DNA of 64,000 nucleotides. Source: Candidatus Eiseniibacteriota bacterium. GTDB taxonomy: Bacteria; Eisenbacteria; RBG-16-71-46; CAZAMP01. The notes under the pieces were generated by a model. It saw only the letters and a list, made by a program, of their open reading frames with translations, did no database searches and had not been told where the DNA came from. Where the stretch lies: the NCBI GenBank assembly GCA_965224245.1, contig OZ245046.1, positions 4,480,001-4,544,000 on the forward strand, written 5' to 3'. The position numbers and the translations under genes are program-made. Positions 58,597 through 64,000 of this stretch are shown here, piece after piece; the first letter of the stretch is position 1, and the number at the start of each line of letters is the position of its first letter.

Positions 58597-60825
58597 CTAC
58601 AGCCCCAGCTGGACGATGTAGTTCGACTCGAGCCCACCCACGCTCGTGAACCGACCGGCGGCCACGACGTGTCCCTGGTACGTGCCGAGCGACCACACGT
58701 GCGTGTTCGTGTCCATGCCGCCGAACTGCCTGCCCATGGCGGTCCACGCCGTCCCGTTCCAGCGGGCGAGGTGCTGTGTCGCGACCGAGCCCGCTGTCTC
58801 GAACGCACCGCCCAGGAGGAGATCGCCGCCGACCTCCATGAACGTCCGCGCCCACCAGTCGAGCCCGTCGCCGACCGGCTCCCATTCGGAGGCCGTGTCG
58901 TTCCAGCGCGCGACGCGACGGACGCCGTACCGGTTCCGCTGCGTCGACACCTCGACCTCGCCGGTGTTCGCATCGAAGAACGCCACCCGCGGCTTGCCGT
59001 TGAATACGGCCAGCGACGACCAGGCCCCGACGCCGGAGCCGGCGCTGACGATCTCGTTGAGCCAGATCTGCTCGCCCGGACGCCGGAAGGCGACCGTCGC
59101 GCCCGGACCGATCTCGGCCAGTCGCGCACGCTGATGGCTGATGAAGAGCGTGCCGTCGTTCGCAACCGCAATGGACGGATACGCGCCCGTATTGCCGCGC
59201 GTCGACACCGGGAGCGGAGATGCCCAGACGCCGGCCGCGGAGCGCGTGATGTACTGCGCGCGCTGGCGGCCCGTCGTGCCGCTGGCGGTCGGATCGTAGT
59301 ACGCGACGTGAACGACGTCGTTCCGGTCCAGCACGATCGCGGGCCGCTCGCATCGAGTTCCCCCGATGTCCTGCGCGTAGCTCCAGCGGCTCCCGTCGGG
59401 GAGGTTGGGGTCGTAGAGGGCGTAGCTGAGGTCCTGGCCGTCCATGCTGGCGAGGATGACGTGGACCCGGTCGCGGGAGTCGACGGCCAGATCCGTCCAG
59501 TACCCGACGGGATCGATGGGAACGCCGGTGGGGTCCATCAGGGCCGACCGGAACTGCCAGTCGTACGTGCCCGGCTCGGTCAGGCTCGGGATCTGGAACG
59601 CCAGCTTCAACGTATTGGCGGTCACGTCCATGAACGCGATCACGGGACGATTCTGGCGGTTGAGGCCGATCGAGCACTCGACGCCCACGTTGGCGGTATC
59701 ACCGGCGACCGTCTCGATCAGCCACTCCTCGAGCGGTCGTGTCGCGTACTTCAGATCCCCGCTGGTGGCATCGTAGTACGCGACGTGTCCCTCGCCGCTC
59801 TCGGTGAGCACGAAGTCCGCGTACTGCCCGACGTCGCCGCCGGAATCGATCGTGGAGGTGAGCCAGTCGTCGCCGTCCTGGATCGCGTGCACGAGGTCGG
59901 CGTTCGTCTCGTCGTAGTAGACGAGCTGCGCGCCGTCCGCGCCGTCGACCCCCATCGAGATGTGAGAGACGGCGCCGGGCGCCTCCGCGGCGGGCTGGGT
60001 GGTCCAGCGTCCCTCGGCCTCACTGAACAAGCCGGCCGCGTACACCTGATCCTGGTACGTGGTCACGGCCAGCACGTCGCCCGCGAAGCCGCGTCCCATC
60101 GGCAGCCAGGCCGGGACCGTCGGATCCCACATCGCCACGTTGAACACGACGCGACCGGCGCCGGTGCTCGTGAACGCGCCGCCGACGATCAGCTTGTCGC
60201 CCCAGACGGTCGCCGAGTAGACCGGGCCGTTGACGCCGTTGAGCGTGCCGGTGCCGAACACGCTCCATTCGGTGCCGTCGTACTGGGCGACGTTGCGGGC
60301 CGACGCGATGCCGGCACCCTCGAACTCGCCGTACACGATCAGGTTGCCGTTGTACTCGCTCATTCCCTCGACGACGCCGGTCACGCCGAGCGCGACGTCC
60401 GACCAGCTCGTGCCGTCCCACGACGCGATGCTCTGCACGTCGAGGCTGTCGGCGCCGGCGTACCGGAACAGCCCGCCCACGTAGAGCGCGTCGTTCCAGA
60501 CCCGCGCGGCATTCGCGCGCTCGGTGAGCGCCGGATTCCCGACGCCGAACAAGCCCATGTCGAGGCTCGACCAGGACGTGCCGTTCCAGGAGGCGACGTT
60601 GCGGACCGCGGAGTCGCCGGCGGTGCGAAAGCTGCCGACAGCGACGAGGGAGCCGTCGAACTCCGCCATGCCGTTGGCGCGGGCCGACAGGCCGGGGTAC
60701 CCGATGCCGGGCACCGGGTCGGGCGGACCGGTCACGGTTTCTTTCTTCTCGTCAGGCGTACACGATGCCAAGCCGAGCGTCAGCGCGCCTCCCAACATCC
60801 ACTGCCACACACGTCTCACGCGCAT
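58597..60825 (-). CDS. Lipoprotein with two types of beta-propeller repeats
   Basis: SD AAGGAG; lipobox LGLASC; repeats LYVGG.F..AG.....IA.WDG..W flank a central block of S...D......H.AYYD....L.YA repeats. Confidence 0.8.
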   Translation of the reverse strand: MRVRRVWQWMLGGALTLGLASCTPDEKKETVTGPPDPVPGIGYPGLSARANGMAEFDGSLVAVGSFRTAGDSAVRNVASWNGTSWSSLDMGLFGVGNPALTERANAARVWNDALYVGGLFRYAGADSLDVQSIASWDGTSWSDVALGVTGVVEGMSEYNGNLIVYGEFEGAGIASARNVAQYDGTEWSVFGTGTLNGVNGPVYSATVWGDKLIVGGAFTSTGAGRVVFNVAMWDPTVPAWLPMGRGFAGDVLAVTTYQDQVYAAGLFSEAEGRWTTQPAAEAPGAVSHISMGVDGADGAQLVYYDETNADLVHAIQDGDDWLTSTIDSGGDVGQYADFVLTESGEGHVAYYDATSGDLKYATRPLEEWLIETVAGDTANVGVECSIGLNRQNRPVIAFMDVTANTLKLAFQIPSLTEPGTYDWQFRSALMDPTGVPIDPVGYWTDLAVDSRDRVHVILASMDGQDLSYALYDPNLPDGSRWSYAQDIGGTRCERPAIVLDRNDVVHVAYYDPTASGTTGRQRAQYITRSAAGVWASPLPVSTRGNTGAYPSIAVANDGTLFISHQRARLAEIGPGATVAFRRPGEQIWLNEIVSAGSGVGAWSSLAVFNGKPRVAFFDANTGEVEVSTQRNRYGVRRVARWNDTASEWEPVGDGLDWWARTFMEVGGDLLLGGAFETAGSVATQHLARWNGTAWTAMGRQFGGMDTNTHVWSLGTYQGHVVAAGRFTSVGGLESNYIVQLGL

Positions 60826-61289
60826 TGGAAATCGCTCCTTTCGAGCGGAGTAACCGTGTCGACCGGTCACGGCGATCGGGTCGGACGGACGTCGGCCCGG
60901 TGCCGGTCGTCGACGGAGGAGTCCGGTTCGAGGGACGTCGCGCCGGGCGCGGCGGGGCGCCTCGCGACGATCGGGCCAAAGTGTCCTACGCATGACGTGG
61001 AAACGCAAGAGGCGGTGGGGGTTGGCGCGGTCGATGGGACCGTTGCCGCACGGGCCGCCGTCGGGTCGCCGATCGCGGGGGCCCGTCGATCCGCCTGCGG
61101 TCGTAATCGTCCACCACGACACATGTTGCACGGCCTTCCGGCTCGCGGATTGGGTCCTTGTTCGCGTGCCGCGTGCGTGCCAGTATCGCGCGTCGATGCG
61201 GATGGAGCCGCACCGTGCGTGCGTGAACGCGCACGGGGAACCGCAACCGGGCGGAGCCGGCGGTGACCACGGACGAGAGGGGCGAGTAC

Positions 61290-62396
61290 ATGGATCGACG
61301 CAGGTTCGTCTCGCGCGCCGTCCCGGCGGCTCTCGCGGGCGCCACCGCGATCGGGTGCAGCCGCGAGGAGACGGGCCCTGCCGTTCAGACACGGCCCAAC
61401 GTGGTCTGGCGGCTCGCGTCGAGCTTTCCCAGGACGGTCGACTCGATCTACGGGGCGTGCGACGCGGTCGCGGCGCGGGTGTCCGCGATGACCGATGGTC
61501 GGTTCCAGATCCGCGCCTACCCCGGCGGCGAGATCGTCCCCGCGCTGCAGGTCCTGGATGCCGTTCAGCAGGGCACCGTGCAGATGGGGCAGTCCTGCGG
61601 GTACTACTTCACCGGAAAGAACCCGGTCTTCGCGTTCGACACGTGCGTTCCGTTCGGGTTCACCGCGCGGCAGCAGACGGCGTGGCTGCTCGAGGGCGGC
61701 GGCCGCGAGCTGCTCGCGCCGGCCTTTGCCGACTTCAACGTGGTCTCGATCCCGGGCGGGAACACGGGCGTCCAGATGGGCGGCTGGTTCAAGCGACCGA
61801 TCGGGTCCGCCGCCGATCTCGCGGGCCTGAAGATCCGCATCCCGGGGCTCGGCGGCCAGGTCATGAGCCGACTCGGGGCGACCGTTCAGGTTCTGGCCGG
61901 TGGCGACATCTACCCGGCGCTCGAGCGCGGGGCGATCGACGCCACCGAGTGGGTGGGTCCTTACGACGACGAGAAGCTCGGCTTCTTTCGCGTGGCCAAG
62001 CACTACTACTACCCCGGCTGGTGGGAGCCGGGCGCCACCCTGAGCTACTACGTCAATCGCGACGCTTTGCAGGCGCTCCCGTCGAGCTACCGCGAGGCGC
62101 TGGAGGCCGCCGCGCTGGAGGCCGGCGCCTCGATGCAGGCCGCGTACGACGCCCGGAACCCGCCGGCGCTGGAACGCCTCATATCCGAGGGTGTTACGCT
62201 CGCCCAGTATCCGGACGACGTGATGGATGCCGCGCGTGCGGCCACCACCGAGCTCCTCGAGGAGCAGGCGGCCGCGAGCACGGAGTATCGGGAGCTTTAC
62301 GATCAGTGGAAGGCGTTCGGGAGCTCGAGCTCCCGGTGGTTCGCCACAGCCGAGCTCGCCTATGCCGGGTACGCGTTTCGACCCGGACGCCGGTGA
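61290..62396 (+). CDS. dctP: TRAP transporter substrate-binding protein DctP (TakP-like), Tat-exported lipoprotein
   Basis: MDRRRFV twin-Arg plus AIGC lipobox; WRLASSFP, GNTGVQMGGWF, GLKIRIPGLGG, LERGAIDATEWVGPYDD, YYYPGWWE. Confidence 0.88.
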   Translation: MDRRRFVSRAVPAALAGATAIGCSREETGPAVQTRPNVVWRLASSFPRTVDSIYGACDAVAARVSAMTDGRFQIRAYPGGEIVPALQVLDAVQQGTVQMGQSCGYYFTGKNPVFAFDTCVPFGFTARQQTAWLLEGGGRELLAPAFADFNVVSIPGGNTGVQMGGWFKRPIGSAADLAGLKIRIPGLGGQVMSRLGATVQVLAGGDIYPALERGAIDATEWVGPYDDEKLGFFRVAKHYYYPGWWEPGATLSYYVNRDALQALPSSYREALEAAALEAGASMQAAYDARNPPALERLISEGVTLAQYPDDVMDAARAATTELLEEQAAASTEYRELYDQWKAFGSSSSRWFATAELAYAGYAFRPGRR

Positions 62397-62512
62397 GGGT
62401 GACCATGGGCGCTCCTCGGCCAATGCCAAGAACATCAACTGGTTCTGACGCCGCCGGCCGATAACGGCTGATGTACCAGGATTGCCCACCTCAGACGTCC
62501 AGAGGACCCTCG

Positions 62513-63271
62513 ATGTCCACATTCCCCCTCGGGAACGGCCTCACGCTGGTCGCCGCAGCCATGACTCACATCGGACGCGTCCGGAAGCTGAACCAGGATT
62601 CGATCGGGATCCTGGACACCGGCGACGCGGACCGCGGCTTTCTCCTGACCGTGGCCGACGGCATGGGAGGAGCCGTCGGGGGTGAGATCGCGAGCCGCAT
62701 GACCGTGGATGCCGTCCATCACGTGTTCGTCAGTGCCGACGCACGCGCCGACAACGCGCTGGCCGAGGCCGTGGCCGCCGCGAACGATTGCGTCTTCTCG
62801 CGCTCGCAGCGGGAGACCGAGCTCAACGGCATGGGCACGACGTGCACGACGCTGGCGATCACGAGCGGGGACTTCTACATCGCGCACGTCGGCGACAGCC
62901 GCGCGTACGTGTGTGACGACTCCGGCTTCCGGCAGGTCACGAACGATCACTCGCTGGCCGAGGAGATCCGCCGTCAGTCCGGTGGCGGCGTCGCCTCGCC
63001 GGCGGTGCCGAGGAACATCCTCTCCCGCTGCCTGGGCGTCGAGCCCGAGGTCGAGGTGGACATCGTCTCCGGCCGCGGCCGGATCGCCGAGGGGCTCAAG
63101 TTCCTGATGTGCTCGGACGGCCTGAGTGGACTCGTGTCATCCGAGGAGATGCACGAGGCGGTTCGCCGCCAGCCGCCAGACGTCGCCTGCCGCGACCTGA
63201 TCCACCAGGCGCTGGAGCGCGGCGCGCCGGACAACGTGAGCGTGATCGTCGCCGCCATCGTAGCCGGCTGA
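62513..63271 (+). CDS. PP2C/PPM-family Ser/Thr protein phosphatase
   Basis: THIGRVRKLNQD, VADGMGG, MGTT, HVGDSRAY, T.DHS, CSDGL, DNVS. Confidence 0.93.
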   Translation: MSTFPLGNGLTLVAAAMTHIGRVRKLNQDSIGILDTGDADRGFLLTVADGMGGAVGGEIASRMTVDAVHHVFVSADARADNALAEAVAAANDCVFSRSQRETELNGMGTTCTTLAITSGDFYIAHVGDSRAYVCDDSGFRQVTNDHSLAEEIRRQSGGGVASPAVPRNILSRCLGVEPEVEVDIVSGRGRIAEGLKFLMCSDGLSGLVSSEEMHEAVRRQPPDVACRDLIHQALERGAPDNVSVIVAAIVAG

Positions 63272-63365
63272 GTCGCCACCCTCCCCCGCTACCCACCCCG
63301 ATCCTCGCCGGATCGGCCGATCGGGCCGATCTCCTCGATGGGGCTTGCTCACGGCCCGCGTCGGT

Positions 63366-63414
63366 GATATCCTTAAATAAGATCAAATCTGATTTGATCA
63401 CTCAGAGAGATATC
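63366..63414. promoter_or_regulatory. 49-bp dyad-symmetric AT-rich site upstream of paralogue 4
   Basis: GATATC-N9-GATCAAATC-T-GATTTGATC-N9-GATATC, all symmetric about position 63390. Confidence 0.65.
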
Positions 63415-63468
63415 CAGGAAGCCTGCTTCCTCCCCGCAGGCTCCGGGCCGGCCACACGGGAGGGCCAC

Positions 63469-64000
63469 ATGTCTTGCTCCGCGATGCTCGCCGCCGTGCT
63501 CACGGCCGCCGTGATCACGACCCTGTCCACTCCGGCGACCGCGCGCCCCACGGACGCCCCCCACGACGCCCGAGTAGTCCACGCCGGCGCCGACCACGGC
63601 GACCACGACGAGCCGCTCGCGCGACGCTCGAGCGCCCGCACGAGCGGCCTCGACACCGTGTACTTCGGGGGCCGGGGTCCGGACGGACGGGCGATCCAGG
63701 GCGGCGTCTGGGACTTCGAGGACGGCACGCTCCAGGGCTGGACGTCGATCGACGTATCCGACGTGTCGCAGGTGGACCCGCCGGGCGATCCGTCGGTCGG
63801 CGGACCCGGCGCGTCGTACTTCCGGCGGATCACGGCAGCCGACTTCACGTCGGACCCGCCGTTGATTCACGGCGTCGGCTCGGTCTGGGTCGGCGCGAAC
63901 GACGAGGAGGCCGCGGCCCTGTGCTGGCCCGGCGGCCTCGGGTACGGCAACGACTGGGTCATGGGCGCACGAAAGACGTTCACGTACGGCGGCTCGGGCG
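63469..64000 (+). CDS. Large secreted protein, paralogue 4 (3'-truncated; absent from the ORF track)
   Basis: SD GGGAGG, ATG at 63469; manual translation MSCSAMLAAVLTAAVITTLSTPATA...DTVYFGGRGPDGRAIQGGVWDFEDGTLQGWTSID...YFRRITAADF...CWPGGLGYGNDW...KTFTYGGSG, open to the window end. Confidence 0.9.
   Translation, partial: MSCSAMLAAVLTAAVITTLSTPATARPTDAPHDARVVHAGADHGDHDEPLARRSSARTSGLDTVYFGGRGPDGRAIQGGVWDFEDGTLQGWTSIDVSDVSQVDPPGDPSVGGPGASYFRRITAADFTSDPPLIHGVGSVWVGANDEEAAALCWPGGLGYGNDWVMGARKTFTYGGSG

Overview
A 64 kb, very GC-rich bacterial chromosomal segment, densely coding (about 44 genes). I found no recognisable rRNA, tRNA, CRISPR array, transposase, integrase or phage gene. Housekeeping and metabolic content: prolyl oligopeptidase (5'-truncated), a GldA/GldF/GldG/DUF4340-type ABC operon, cystathionine beta-synthase, slyX, tyrS, a GluR0-like ligand-gated K+ channel, methylmalonyl-CoA mutase (small and large subunits) with meaB, an Lrp regulator divergent from a Cys/Met gamma-lyase, AddB/AddA, lspA, a dienoyl-CoA-reductase-like SDR, fadI/fadJ/ppa, a DUF2239 gene, a TRAP DctP and a PP2C phosphatase. 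The most striking feature is a dispersed family of four paralogous, acidic, Cys-containing secreted proteins at 7242-10430, 18062-21391, 46762-50622 and 63469->64000. The fourth runs off the window and is missing from the ORF track; the complete three are about 1060-1290 aa. The three complete copies and an adjacent HExxH metalloprotease end in the same FlgD-Ig/T9SS-CTD-like tail (PNPF...G.Y..R...K.V.LK). One copy carries a swapped-in choice-of-anchor/CBM-like cassette. Their upstream regions show candidate control elements: long leaders with alternating anti-SD/SD hexamers, and a 49-bp dyad-symmetric site. This suggests an expanded, modular surface-protein repertoire exported by a C-terminal sorting pathway. 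By inference the host is an FCB-group candidate-phylum organism (Eisenbacteria/Krumholzibacteriota/Latescibacterota-like). All product calls come from motif recognition by eye; no database searches were run.
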